A program made the position numbers and the translations under genes. From Nitrososphaeraceae archaeon (lineage in GTDB: Archaea > Thermoproteota > Nitrososphaeria > Nitrososphaerales > Nitrososphaeraceae), in contig DATFEX010000054.1 of NCBI GenBank assembly GCA_035250685.1, positions 3,056 to 67,055 of the forward strand: a DNA stretch of 64,000 nt. The letters are read 5' to 3'. Every line of letters begins with the position of its first letter. The stretch's first letter is position 1. The notes below the pieces were generated by a model. The model saw nothing but the letters and a program-made list of their open reading frames with translations, was not told where the DNA came from and did no database searches. Below are positions 31,687 through 42,813 of this stretch, piece after piece.

Positions 31687-31989
31687 CTACCTCACTAAGC
31701 TTGATGAATTTAATAACTCATACTTTTCGAGCGCCGGCTGCTTAGGTTTGTAAGCCACCGACAAATTATCTCCAACAGAGAACTGACAATTTGTAATCAT
31801 CCTTGGTATCCCGTCTGAAGGTTCTACAATACAATCACTATCTTTCTTTAACACAACTGATACTTGTTCAGTTATGGCGTCGCTAAACAAATTTCTTGCA
31901 GAAGAACCCAGAAGTGCTAGTATTATAACTACCCCAGTAACAACGAAAATTATTGCCAGCTTCCACAATGCAATGTTTTGAAAGCTCAC
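31687..31989 (-). CDS. Hypothetical membrane-anchored protein, paralog of 15641..15940
   Basis: Near-identical protein in the opposite orientation. Confidence 0.8.
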   Translation of the reverse strand: MSFQNIALWKLAIIFVVTGVVIILALLGSSARNLFSDAITEQVSVVLKKDSDCIVEPSDGIPRMITNCQFSVGDNLSVAYKPKQPALEKYELLNSSSLVR

Positions 31990-32342
31990 TTCTCATCATA
32001 TAACTGTCAAATATATTAAATTGCACCCATCACTAGGTTCGAAAAGTTATAAACCCCGAAATTACGTATAATACATCTAAAGAAGATAAATATGCTTCGA
32101 AGTTATGACATATTTTTCTCGTGTAGTAGTTCTATGTATTTGGTTATTATCGACTTTGAGACTAATCATTAGAAACGCCTAGGTAAAAAATACTAAAAAA
32201 TTGTTATTTGTACTGGGCAGAAAATTAGATTAAAACCTACTATTTTTTGTCGGCAAATCTTATGATTCCGTTGTTAATTATTAATATTTTTGTGTGAAAT
32301 CACTGAATCATTATATCTCTTTAACTTCGGCAATAGTTAATC

Positions 32343-33164
32343 TTAGATCGCCAATTGCAATTCAAAGGCTTTTTGCAAATTGGGATGAATTTGCCCATGT
32401 ACCAAGCCCATCAAGTTACTCGGGGGTTCTCTATTATTTATTGCGTTCCTTAGCTTTTCAAGTCCACCAAGAGCCTCCTGTGCCGCTGAAACGTTTTCCG
32501 AGTTGTTCTTTAATTCCGAATTAAATCTATCAATCGCGATCTCTACAAGTTCTAACGCACGGTAATATGCTTGGATGTCGTTTGGAACTTCCCCGTTAAT
32601 TTCTTTATTAGGCGTTGTATTTTTTTTCATTGTCATGTTCATGTCAAATTGTGTAACACTGTTATTGTATGCAGAGATATATTGAGCGAAAACTTTGTCT
32701 ACGTTTTCTGCGACGGCCAAAGCCTGAATAGTGGTATTTTTCAATTGCTCGTCTTCTACTCTTGCATCAATCGTCTCAGATAGAAGATCCTGAAGACGAG
32801 AAATGTTACTATTCAATTCATCTCCAGTTAAATTATGAATAGATTCGAAAGCTCTTGGTAACTCTTCAGCGAGTCTTTGATTTTTCTCTTGAATTTCTTC
32901 CACCATGGTGTCGTTAAGAAGGGCTCGGGAGTATCCAATCTGTTCTATAATAATCTCAGCATTAGAAGAATTGTTTTTACTTATTACATTTAACGTCGAC
33001 TTAATCTCATCAATTAAGGAAATAAAAGATGCACTCTCGTTGCTGGAAAAAATATGAGCATGTATTAGAGGAAATGGTAATAAAAATACAAGTAGTATGG
33101 CTATAAAAGTAATTATTATACAGCTTGAAACAGAAGCAATCATCAATGACTTACTCGTAGTCAT
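32343..33164 (-). CDS. Secreted helical hypothetical protein
   Basis: Signal/TM segment followed by HAHIFSSNESASF...LVHGQIHPNL. Confidence 0.7.
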   Translation of the reverse strand: MTTSKSLMIASVSSCIIITFIAILLVFLLPFPLIHAHIFSSNESASFISLIDEIKSTLNVISKNNSSNAEIIIEQIGYSRALLNDTMVEEIQEKNQRLAEELPRAFESIHNLTGDELNSNISRLQDLLSETIDARVEDEQLKNTTIQALAVAENVDKVFAQYISAYNNSVTQFDMNMTMKKNTTPNKEINGEVPNDIQAYYRALELVEIAIDRFNSELKNNSENVSAAQEALGGLEKLRNAINNREPPSNLMGLVHGQIHPNLQKAFELQLAI

Positions 33165-33818
33165 GTTATAATATCATTATAGTACATCAATCGAACGGAT
33201 TTTCAGGAGATTTGCTTTTATTTCACACTGTTCTGTCAAATATAATAGACTCGGATTATAGAGCGGGGGTCTTGAATACGACGTTTTCCAATACATTTGA
33301 ATTTATCTTTGGGGTTCATTATCGCTAAATATAGTGTTTGGTGGAGTAATGGGTTTCTGCGCAAGACTGGCTATAGCTGAGGGAAGCACTATACCTGATT
33401 GAGTCACTTTGATAATGGTTCAACAGAAGTTATCAACTTTTTATGAGATTTAAAAAGTAACTGGATCCACCCAGCACTAAATTTTACTACCCCTATTACT
33501 GTCTATTCCCTCTTGTTTATTTACTCATATTAAGTGATCTAAGTCTAGTGCATGATTAACTATCATCTTTATTCCCCTCAGATAGAAACTAGGCGCCAAT
33601 ACAGTCTTATCAATGACATCCTGACGTGTGATGTTACTATCCTGTCCTGGTGTTAGCATTACTTCTAATGTGAAGACGTAGTTTCTGTTTTTATGAATCG
33701 TCCGAATCCCACCAAACCCGATGTTTTGATACCAAAGTTAGTAAATAATTGCAATTTTTTAAAAGATTAATCGTATAACGTTATTACAAATTCAGCTTGC
33801 TTTTGCTGGTGTTGCAAA

Positions 33819-35723
33819 TTAGTGTCCTTGTGAATTATTCTTTTCTTTGTTATTATTTATTACATTATTACTAAAATCGATATTTAGACTTGAATGATTC
33901 TTTAATTTCATTATCTTATCAACTTCGTTATCGTACAATTTTACTAAATCAGAGATCGTTATAATTCCTATGACTTTATTATCATCTGATAAGACAGGCA
34001 TTTCCTGAAGATCATTTGAAGAAAGTTTAACTAGCGCGTTGTGCAGGGAATCAGACATGTAAGCAAAAAGAGGATCCTTTATCATAATGCTTTCTAATAC
34101 AACGGATTTGCGATATTCTTCAGGAAACTCGTATAACTTGTGTTTGTATACGACCCCATCAAGTCTATCATTTTCGTTTACTACAAGAATCATTTTAATG
34201 TTGGTACTATTCATTATTTGAAGAGCTTCTTCGATTGACACATTTTTGGACATCTTGTTACCGGCATTTTTCATTGCATCTTTTACATGGTGGTCGCCTA
34301 GAATTACTCTTTGATATTCCCTTCTGTGGGCGGGTGATTCAGATCTACTTAATACTTGACTTCTGAATATAGAATTATGTTGTCCGGACATGATGTATGC
34401 AACGAATGTGGCCAACATCATAGGCGCCAAGAGAGCATAACCTCCTGTTAGCTCACTTCCCATAATAATTGAGGAAATTGGAGTTTTTGCAGTAGCCCCG
34501 AAGAATGATACCATTCCCACAATGATTACAGAAGATACATCTATCCACGTAAATAATCCCAATAAGTGAAATGCTGTACCAATAAACGCACCAAGTAGTC
34601 CTCCTATTACCATGGAAGGTCCGAAGACACCTGCACTACCGCCAGAACCTATTGTCAGTGATGTTGCCAAGACCTTAAACACGATTACAGCACCTAGAAT
34701 GTACAAGGGCATTAAGGTGTAATTCTGGTTAATTGCTATCTGCAGCCATCCATATGAAGTGCCCAGAACTTGAGGAAATGCGATGCCAATCATTCCTACT
34801 AAAATACCACCTATAGCTGGCTTCAGATATCTTGGAAGTCGAATTTTGCTAAAATAATCAGATATTGAATAGAAAGTCTTTACCCATCCTACACTAACTA
34901 CGGCCGAGATAAGTCCCACAATGGCATATAGTACGAGTGAAGCTGGATTGGTATATTTCACGAGATCAAAAGGAATTGAGAATAGGCGATCCCAACCAAA
35001 GACGAATCCAAATACAGTATAACCTGTTACAGACGCAACTAGTCCAGGTATTAATGCTCTAATTTCGAAATCTCTTCTGTATAAAACTTCAGCGCTAAAT
35101 ACCGCGCCTCCTAGTGGAATCTTGAATATACTTCCTATGCCTGCACCAAGACCCGCAGCAACGGCAATCCTTCGTTCATCCTCATCAAGTTTGAATAGTT
35201 TGCCGATTATTGATCCAAATCCTCCTGCAATTTGTCCGGCGGGCCCTTCGGTTCCTCCACTCCCACCACTGCCTATAGTGATAGACGAAGCAACGGCCTT
35301 GACAAGAGGAACTCGACCTCGTATATTACCACTTTTGTGATGATATGCATCGATCACAGCATCTGTGCCATGTCCTTCGGATTCAGGCGAGAACCTAGTT
35401 GTGATCAAGCCTACTAACAAACCTCCAAACCCTGCTATAACTGGGAATAACCAAGGTCTCTCGATAAATAGATCATAGCCGTAGTTGTCTTGAAAACCTC
35501 CTGCTAAAGGCGGTGAATATCCTGTTCCTAATTGAAGAAATAAACCTGTGAAAAATTCAACGGAAAGAAAAAATCCTATTGCTCCTAGGCCAGCTACGAC
35601 ACCCAGAAGAAAGCCTATGAGTATCCACTTTCTGAAATAAGTAAAATCCAAATTCCATTTCATTCCTCTCAGTGTTCCTATTATAGATACTATTTGAGAA
35701 TAGTAAGGCACATCGGTTTTCAA
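33819..35723 (-). CDS. ClC-family chloride channel or Cl-/H+ antiporter with C-terminal CBS pair
   Basis: GHGTDAVI, GSGGTEGP (gating Glu retained), GSAGVFGP; CBS motifs at the C-terminus. Confidence 0.92.
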   Translation of the reverse strand: MKTDVPYYSQIVSIIGTLRGMKWNLDFTYFRKWILIGFLLGVVAGLGAIGFFLSVEFFTGLFLQLGTGYSPPLAGGFQDNYGYDLFIERPWLFPVIAGFGGLLVGLITTRFSPESEGHGTDAVIDAYHHKSGNIRGRVPLVKAVASSITIGSGGSGGTEGPAGQIAGGFGSIIGKLFKLDEDERRIAVAAGLGAGIGSIFKIPLGGAVFSAEVLYRRDFEIRALIPGLVASVTGYTVFGFVFGWDRLFSIPFDLVKYTNPASLVLYAIVGLISAVVSVGWVKTFYSISDYFSKIRLPRYLKPAIGGILVGMIGIAFPQVLGTSYGWLQIAINQNYTLMPLYILGAVIVFKVLATSLTIGSGGSAGVFGPSMVIGGLLGAFIGTAFHLLGLFTWIDVSSVIIVGMVSFFGATAKTPISSIIMGSELTGGYALLAPMMLATFVAYIMSGQHNSIFRSQVLSRSESPAHRREYQRVILGDHHVKDAMKNAGNKMSKNVSIEEALQIMNSTNIKMILVVNENDRLDGVVYKHKLYEFPEEYRKSVVLESIMIKDPLFAYMSDSLHNALVKLSSNDLQEMPVLSDDNKVIGIITISDLVKLYDNEVDKIMKLKNHSSLNIDFSNNVINNNKEKNNSQGH

Positions 35724-36482
35724 TTATTGAAAATTCATCTTCAATATTAAACGCTGATACTCCTTTTAATAACTGTTTTACAATATTCTATTCTTTGACC
35801 AGTATTGTTCTACACATTTTTATATAACAAGGCGAAACAAAACTCAATTGTTATGAAGTACATCATATCAAAATTATCTAGAAATACTATAATCTCCTTA
35901 GAAACTCAATGATATCGGTATTCTCACTAGAATATTCTAATCTACTTGAACCATTCATCGTCCTTTTACTTATTGGTATTGTAACACATAGCCTAGAACG
36001 CCGATACCTAAACGGATAAAGAAGAAAGCAATAACTATAGTGAGGACATTGATTTAGATTTTGCTCCTGAACATTACTATAACCTGTTATCCGATAATAA
36101 TGGACACAATTTTCGATCCTGTAAATGGTTTTCCTGAATAAACAGGCACAAGGAAACATCAATCGACAACTATCAAAATGTTCCGTCTGAAGCCACAATA
36201 AGAAAACAGTGCGATGTGGTCACTGTCGCTGTTATAGGTACAAGCATGGTCCATACTATTACGGTTTAGGATTTGTCGTAAATTGACAAATTAGACCACA
36301 AAAAGCACCAAAAATTACTAAAAAGGCATTACATACTAAGGCATAACAAGGATTTTTTTGAATTACATTGTTATCAGCCAGGTTCTACAATACGAGGATC
36401 ACATGGCAATTACCTACCTGCTTTATATGGTAATTGCGGAAACCCTTTATATCTCTGAAATTTGAAATTATGATTATTACAC

Positions 36483-37799
36483 TTGGGTGGCGAAATCTTG
36501 ATAACCAATTGTGTTATTGCAGTGTCGTTAAGTGCCATCATATTATGCTTTATTCACGGCGACGATTCACTTATTTATGGTGCCCGGCCTAATGTAACGT
36601 CTTCGAATCCAGTCGCAAATGATCCTAATCTAAGAATTGATCTACATTCTAAAGGACTTAAGAGACCGACTTCTATGAGTTTTATCGGCCCAGATGATAT
36701 TCTTGTTACTCAAAAAAATGAGGGTACCGTTGAAAGGATCGTCAATGGTATTAAGATTCCTCAACCACTTCTAACGGTTCCGGTTGCTAGTAAAGATGAA
36801 CGTGGTTTACTAGGTATGGTAATTTCAAAGGATCCAGTTAGTAAAAAATCTTATGTTTTCCTATATTATACTGAAAAAGGTCCAAGTAAGGGAGAAGCAC
36901 TTGGAAATAGAGTTTACAAATATGAGTTAAATAACGATTCGACTAAATTATTGAATCCCCAACTTCTGTTAAGTCTCCCATGGGAACCGGGGCCAGGACA
37001 TAATGGTGGTGTGTTGAAGATTGGTCCGGATAATAATATCTATGTAACGATAGGTGATATTATGAGGACAGGTGAAAACGAAAGCCAATCATACGAAACC
37101 CAAGCGCAGAATGTACAAGATGGTAAAGAGCCCGATGGAAGAGGAGGTATTCTTAGGATAACTCAAGACGGCAAACCTGTAGACAATGGCATCATTGGCA
37201 GTACTTCGCCCCTGAATTATTACTACGCATATGGAATAAAGAACAGCTTTGGAATGGATTTTGATCCGATCACCGGACACCTATGGGATACAGAAAACGG
37301 TCCTGATTATGGTGACGAAGTAAATCTAGTTCTACCAGGTTTTAATAGTGGTTGGAACAAAATAAATGGAATCTGGACAGTTGATTCAACATTCAATAAA
37401 GCAGGAGTCGCGCCCATTGATCCTAAAGACCTAGTAGATTTTAACGGGATCGGGATATACAGTCCGCCTGAATTTACTTGGGATCGTTCAGTTGCTCCAA
37501 CGGCCCTAAAATTCATGAACACGAGCATGCTTGGTTCACAGTACCAAAATGAAATATTAGTGGGAGATATAAAATATGGTAACATCTATCTTTTCACCTT
37601 AACTAAAGATAGAAATTCACTGGCTCTGGAGGGATCTTTGAAAGACAAAATTGCAGACAAGAAAGAAGAAATATCAAATATTGTATTTGCTAGTGGGTTT
37701 GGAGGCATAACCGATCTTGAGATTGGGCCTGACGGTTACCTCTATGTTCTCGTATACGATAAACAAGACGGAAGACTATATCGAATATTGCCGAAATAA
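36483..37799 (+). CDS. PQQ-dependent sugar dehydrogenase (GSDH family)
   Basis: DERGLLG, GHNGG, YYAYGIKNSFG, WDTENGP, ITDLEIGPDGYLY. Confidence 0.9.
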   Translation: MGGEILITNCVIAVSLSAIILCFIHGDDSLIYGARPNVTSSNPVANDPNLRIDLHSKGLKRPTSMSFIGPDDILVTQKNEGTVERIVNGIKIPQPLLTVPVASKDERGLLGMVISKDPVSKKSYVFLYYTEKGPSKGEALGNRVYKYELNNDSTKLLNPQLLLSLPWEPGPGHNGGVLKIGPDNNIYVTIGDIMRTGENESQSYETQAQNVQDGKEPDGRGGILRITQDGKPVDNGIIGSTSPLNYYYAYGIKNSFGMDFDPITGHLWDTENGPDYGDEVNLVLPGFNSGWNKINGIWTVDSTFNKAGVAPIDPKDLVDFNGIGIYSPPEFTWDRSVAPTALKFMNTSMLGSQYQNEILVGDIKYGNIYLFTLTKDRNSLALEGSLKDKIADKKEEISNIVFASGFGGITDLEIGPDGYLYVLVYDKQDGRLYRILPK

Positions 37800-37854
37800 A
37801 GTCCATAATGTGAAGCCTTTAATGGTATTTGGATTGTTTTGCCATAATACTTGT

Positions 37855-39237
37855 CTAGTTCCGTGTTATTCTGTATATTGCCCCTTGATCCGTTCCCCTA
37901 CTTCCTGAGACAACGTATAGATAACCATCAGGCCCTACTTTTATATCAGTCACTATTCCAAAGTTCTCGCCAAATATGATTTCAGAAGTGTCATCTTTTT
38001 TATCAAGTACTAAATCTGCAAGTCCGCCTTTTAGCGACAGTGATTTTCTTTCCTCATCCAGATCAAAATGATAAATTATGCCTTTCTTTACTGAACCTAC
38101 GAAAATATCATTTTCGTACTCGTTACCCAATTTGTCAGAATCAAGAAATACCAGAGCCGTAGGCCCCACTGGCGTATCCCATACAAATTCTGGATCACTA
38201 TACTTTCCTTTACCATCAAAATCTACAAGTCTTATATCTTCATCTCTATCGTCTTCATGAATTTCGGCTCTTCCCCTTGTTTCGTTTAGATTCCAAATTC
38301 CCTGAATCTTTTCCCAACCACTATTAAACCCCGGTTCGACCAGATTTATTTCATCTCCAAATTGGGGTCCGTTTTCCGTATCCCACAAACTTCCAGTAAC
38401 AGGATCTATATCTATACCGAAACTGTTCTTTATTCCGTATGCATAATATAGATTAATCGGATATTCTGTTCCGATTATTCCATTATCAATAGGCTCTCCA
38501 TTCTTATCAATTTTAAGTATTGCTGCCCGACCATCTGGAAGGGTTCCATTCATAATATTCTGTGCCTTGGTATCATAACCCGTTTGGTTTCTGTTAAATT
38601 TAGTTGATTGCAAATCTCCTGTTGTAACATATAGATTCTGATCATCATCCAGTAACAGAATACCTCCATTGTGACTAGGTCCTGGTAATGCGGGTAAAGT
38701 CAAAACTAATATGGGTTCAATGAGTTTATTATTTTCACTATCAAATTTATACCTGTATACAAAATTGCCGCATTCATTTGATTTAATCTTCTCATCAGTT
38801 TTTACCTTGGGGCAATATGTATGGTATAGAAACACATCTCGATTTTCATTGGTTGAATCAGCATCTCCTGATATTGCTATTCCCAATAATCCTCTTTCAT
38901 CCTTGTATGACACATTCAATCGAATAATCTGCGCTGTGATATTTCCATCAACTATTCTGTACACCTTCCCTGTGTTCTTTTCAAGTAGTAAAATATCTTT
39001 ATCATTCAAAAAAGCAATGCTTGTTGGGAAGTCCAATCCACTGACGATAGTTTCTACTTTGATATCGGGATCCGTCATGTAGGGAATATTTTCTTGATTT
39101 GTAATATTATTGGATAGAGTTTGTCTCTGATATTGACCCATTACCATTTCATCAAACGTTATCAAACGGGCAAAAAAGACAATCAAAATAATTAATATAA
39201 TAAATTTCCAATGAATGTTAACGTTATTTATCCCCAT
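37855..39237 (-). CDS. PQQ-dependent sugar dehydrogenase (GSDH family)
   Basis: DERGLLG, SHNGG, YYAYGIKNSFG, WDTENGP, VGPDGYLY. Confidence 0.9.
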   Translation of the reverse strand: MGINNVNIHWKFIILIILIVFFARLITFDEMVMGQYQRQTLSNNITNQENIPYMTDPDIKVETIVSGLDFPTSIAFLNDKDILLLEKNTGKVYRIVDGNITAQIIRLNVSYKDERGLLGIAISGDADSTNENRDVFLYHTYCPKVKTDEKIKSNECGNFVYRYKFDSENNKLIEPILVLTLPALPGPSHNGGILLLDDDQNLYVTTGDLQSTKFNRNQTGYDTKAQNIMNGTLPDGRAAILKIDKNGEPIDNGIIGTEYPINLYYAYGIKNSFGIDIDPVTGSLWDTENGPQFGDEINLVEPGFNSGWEKIQGIWNLNETRGRAEIHEDDRDEDIRLVDFDGKGKYSDPEFVWDTPVGPTALVFLDSDKLGNEYENDIFVGSVKKGIIYHFDLDEERKSLSLKGGLADLVLDKKDDTSEIIFGENFGIVTDIKVGPDGYLYVVSGSRGTDQGAIYRITRN

Positions 39238-39581
39238 TGATAGTTTCCCAATTTTCTTCTTAAGTATGTTTTAAAAGGCACTCTTGCCATAATCATATAT
39301 TTAGACATGCAATACAATTTCATTAAAATCACTAGTATAAATCTGTAAAGCGAAGATTTAGTAATTTTCGATTCTTGGTTTCTTTTTACGCTATTTGTCT
39401 GACAAAAATTGAATTCGTTCAATCGGCCATTCTTGTTCAGGATTATTTGAATAAAACAAAAGCAGAAAAAAGTTGCATAATTGTTAGCCAGATTCTGACA
39501 TTCTAACTAATTAAGATAAGAAAGTTACGATTGGAAGTTTCATCCATGTTATATACGTGAAATTCTTTTTAATATGAGAAA

Positions 39582-40373
39582 ATGAGAGACTACGAAATGA
39601 AAAATCAAATCATAATCTCAGTGTCTTTCATGTTGATGATTTTTACAATTACTGCCCCTAGTTTCATCCTGCTCAATCAAGCATTTGCAGAAGGTAAATT
39701 TTCAGTCGATGCTAAAATAAATCTGGATAAACTGAACCATCCTAATAAACTGAAGGTTGTTGCATCTTCAAATGGAGAGAACGAAACAAAATACTTGACA
39801 GGTAATGATCTACATTCAGATGTTGTTACAGTTTCCTTTGAATTCAACCAAAAAAATAACATTGTTTCCGTCGGTAACGGGGATGAATATTTTGTATGCG
39901 CGTACTCGCTTGATTCAATTACAGATCGAATGATATCTTATTCTTGTGTCGAAGGCAATATTGAAGAGCCAAGCGGGAAAAATAAAATAAGTTTAGGATC
40001 AGGCAGCATGAAGACCTTAACAACTGGCTCATTCCAAGCGGTCAGCGGTGGGCAAATTGAGAACCCGACCATTAAAATCTGGATACCACTTTCTGACAGG
40101 AAGGATGTAAAGGAACTCAAAGTAGTTACGATGATTAAAGGTGAATTTGAGACACAGATAATAGATGCAAAAGAGTTATTGAAAAAATCTGACGACAATA
40201 CATTGATGATTCCGTTGGTGTATGATAAAATTCCTGAAATCGGTTCTATTCAGCAGGGCGATTTATTTTTCGCCTGTGTATCTGCTAATGAATTAAATCC
40301 TCCTGAAGGAACAGAATGTGAACATAGAGAAACATCTCACGCTTTTAGCACACATAACATAGTGGCAAGATAG
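39582..40373 (+). CDS. Secreted hypothetical protein, paralog of 23892..24728
   Basis: Same Cys-containing motifs. Confidence 0.8.
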   Translation: MRDYEMKNQIIISVSFMLMIFTITAPSFILLNQAFAEGKFSVDAKINLDKLNHPNKLKVVASSNGENETKYLTGNDLHSDVVTVSFEFNQKNNIVSVGNGDEYFVCAYSLDSITDRMISYSCVEGNIEEPSGKNKISLGSGSMKTLTTGSFQAVSGGQIENPTIKIWIPLSDRKDVKELKVVTMIKGEFETQIIDAKELLKKSDDNTLMIPLVYDKIPEIGSIQQGDLFFACVSANELNPPEGTECEHRETSHAFSTHNIVAR

Positions 40374-40464
40374 AATGAATGATTTGCGAAGCCCCAAACT
40401 ATTCAATGCTATTAAACTCCACTAAGCATAAATATTGCCCTCGCTTGTTTTTGGATGATCCGGT

Positions 40465-41955
40465 GTGGAACGCTATTTCGCATTAATTGAAAGTTTGTTC
40501 ATACCATTATTATTAGTTAGTTCAGGAATATCCTATCCCCCTACTAATTACGTTGAGGGTACTTCTGATCCTAAAAACAACCCCTGTATGGAATACAATG
40601 CAGCTCAAAAACTTATTCACATCAAATGCGGCTCTATGAACCTTACAGAAATCCACAATTTCCTAAATGATCCGACAGTCCTAAAGGTAGAAGAGAGCAC
40701 CGATCAGAAACAAGAAAACATATGGATTTTGAACGCCGGAATAGAGGTCGGAAAGGATGCCAGTCTGATAATTGATCCAAACGACACTTCTTGGTTGAAA
40801 ATAGTTCCAACCCCCACCATACAGGTAAAGAAACCAGTGAATGTTACTGAAGATACGAATTATTCTGATGACACTTTAACAATCGTCAATTCTACGAATA
40901 AGCCAAATTCTACTAAAACTTTTGACGATACCAAAATTGAAAGCGGCACCATAACTGTTAGTAAGAATAACGGAGACAATCCAAACGGTGTACATGTTCA
41001 CGGTTCACTGAAAATTGACTCCGTAAAAATAACCTCGTGGGATCCTGAAAAAAACGATGTAATTAGATTTAATTTGGGAAAGAGATTGGGCGAAGAACAT
41101 ACAAAGTCTGATTATGACACAGCGGAACCTAGGGCATTCATAAGAGTGTCTAAAGATGCGACGGGAACAACTAATATTACTAATTCGGAGGTCGCTTATC
41201 TAGGATATTCATGTAGTAGATGCGCTGGCATTTCATATTATGGAGGTGAAGGATCACAAATAAAAAACAATGATATACATCATCTGTTAAAAGGATTCTA
41301 TTCCAAAAATGTAGCGTATATTACCATAGACAATAACACTTTTCATAATAATTACTTGTATGGAATAGATCCGCATACAGGATCACATGACTTGAATATC
41401 ACAAATAATTTAGTTTACAACAACAATGCATCCGGTATAATCTGCTCAAAGGATTGCTATAACATAATTATAGATGGTAATGAGGTATATAATAATTCTG
41501 GCGCAGCAAGGGGCATTGCATTTAGTATCAATACCACAAATTCGGTCGCTAAAAATAATTATGTGCATGAACAACCTAGATGTATTTCATTCAATAGAGA
41601 ATCTAATAATAATCAGGTTTACAATAATACAATTTCAAATTGTAGAGTTGGAGTATATCTCTCTGGTACTTCTGAGAATTCAATTTTTGACAACAAAATA
41701 TCTAATACAGACAGCGGAATTAGTTTTAAAAATTTTAATAACCTGATATATGGTAATATCATTTCTAATGCAGAGAACGGGATAGCATATACTGCTAGCA
41801 ATATGCTAAATGATACAAGCAATAGTACCAACGTCTCCATGATTGAAGCGAATCATGAAATTGTTAGAAAAATTGCAGCAAATAATACTATGTCCAACAC
41901 GGAGAACGATATTAGAGTGAAATCTGATTCTCTCAAACCAACATCCGAAAATTAA
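40465..41955 (+). CDS. Secreted right-handed beta-helix (NosD/CASH) protein, AlgG epimerase-like
   Basis: SEVAYLGY, YGIDPHTGSHDLNITNNLVYNN...GIICSKDC and Asn-ladder repeats. Confidence 0.75.
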   Translation: MERYFALIESLFIPLLLVSSGISYPPTNYVEGTSDPKNNPCMEYNAAQKLIHIKCGSMNLTEIHNFLNDPTVLKVEESTDQKQENIWILNAGIEVGKDASLIIDPNDTSWLKIVPTPTIQVKKPVNVTEDTNYSDDTLTIVNSTNKPNSTKTFDDTKIESGTITVSKNNGDNPNGVHVHGSLKIDSVKITSWDPEKNDVIRFNLGKRLGEEHTKSDYDTAEPRAFIRVSKDATGTTNITNSEVAYLGYSCSRCAGISYYGGEGSQIKNNDIHHLLKGFYSKNVAYITIDNNTFHNNYLYGIDPHTGSHDLNITNNLVYNNNASGIICSKDCYNIIIDGNEVYNNSGAARGIAFSINTTNSVAKNNYVHEQPRCISFNRESNNNQVYNNTISNCRVGVYLSGTSENSIFDNKISNTDSGISFKNFNNLIYGNIISNAENGIAYTASNMLNDTSNSTNVSMIEANHEIVRKIAANNTMSNTENDIRVKSDSLKPTSEN

Positions 41956-42194
41956 ATACTAGTCGAATCCGAATAGCTTAGTCATTTCTTAAATCTCCCC
42001 TTAGAAACTCTTGTACAAGACAATTTTGAAAATTTCAATATGAATAATAATAAGAAAAACCAAATTCAAATCTCATCTTAAATTTGTTTGAAAGAATAGG
42101 AAATAAATATTGTAATACATTCGACGAATGCACTACCAAAAGCTTAGATAGTAATATTTGCGGTAACAAACTATTGTTTCTTGACTAGGTGCAG

Positions 42195-42224
42195 AAAACT
42201 GGGTAAAACTGTGTAAAACTGGGA
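42195..42224. repeat. 10-bp triple direct repeat
   Basis: aaaactgggt aaaactgtgt aaaactggga. Confidence 0.7.
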
Positions 42225-42813
42225 TATCCATCTAATTTATTGGTACACTCCATGAATGAACCATAAAATATTTTAAAAATACTAACCTAACAAAAACAAG
42301 TGTGCTGGCTATCCATTCAAGTACACCTAAGTCGAGACACAGAATCTATGTCGGCCAAGAACCGCCTTGTTCGGCATATAATTTTGTCTTTTAGCACAAC
42401 AAATCTGTTATTTGAAAGATTATGCTAATTCTCCTAGATACGATGAGTTACTAAAAATGGACACATAACTACGCGGAATACGAATGATGTAAGGGTCATT
42501 GGAACAGTAACTGGAAAATCCAGTATTGGAAGCCAATTTAATGGTACATTCTACGAATGAAGCAATAGATACTTTATGTTAGTATTAAGATCCCTAAATA
42601 AAATACCAATTGAGATTGCGTCAACATTATTCTGAATTAGCGCATAGAAACGTTTGGCAGGTATACAAAAAGAATTAAACTTACAAAAATAGTTTTCAGT
42701 ACAAAAATGACATCTCGTAATATATGGCTTTACCAATACCGGTACTCTGTTTTCTTCAACATTTATTAACAAATTGATCTAAAGGATTATTAAATGTAAA
42801 ATTAAGATAGATA

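Noticed and set aside
33525-33725. Possible decayed YbhB/PEBP fragment on the minus strand (NIGFGG...NYVFTL)
   Set aside because: No start, upstream in-frame stop, and similarity limited to a few residues.
33819-35723. Fluoride-specific CLC-F assignment
   Set aside because: The GNNLI, GREGT and GEVTP signatures are absent.
35887-36260. ORF 35887..36198 (-) as a real gene
   Set aside because: Unnatural composition. Another frame shows hydrophobic segments broken by several stops, so it is at best an unidentifiable decayed gene.
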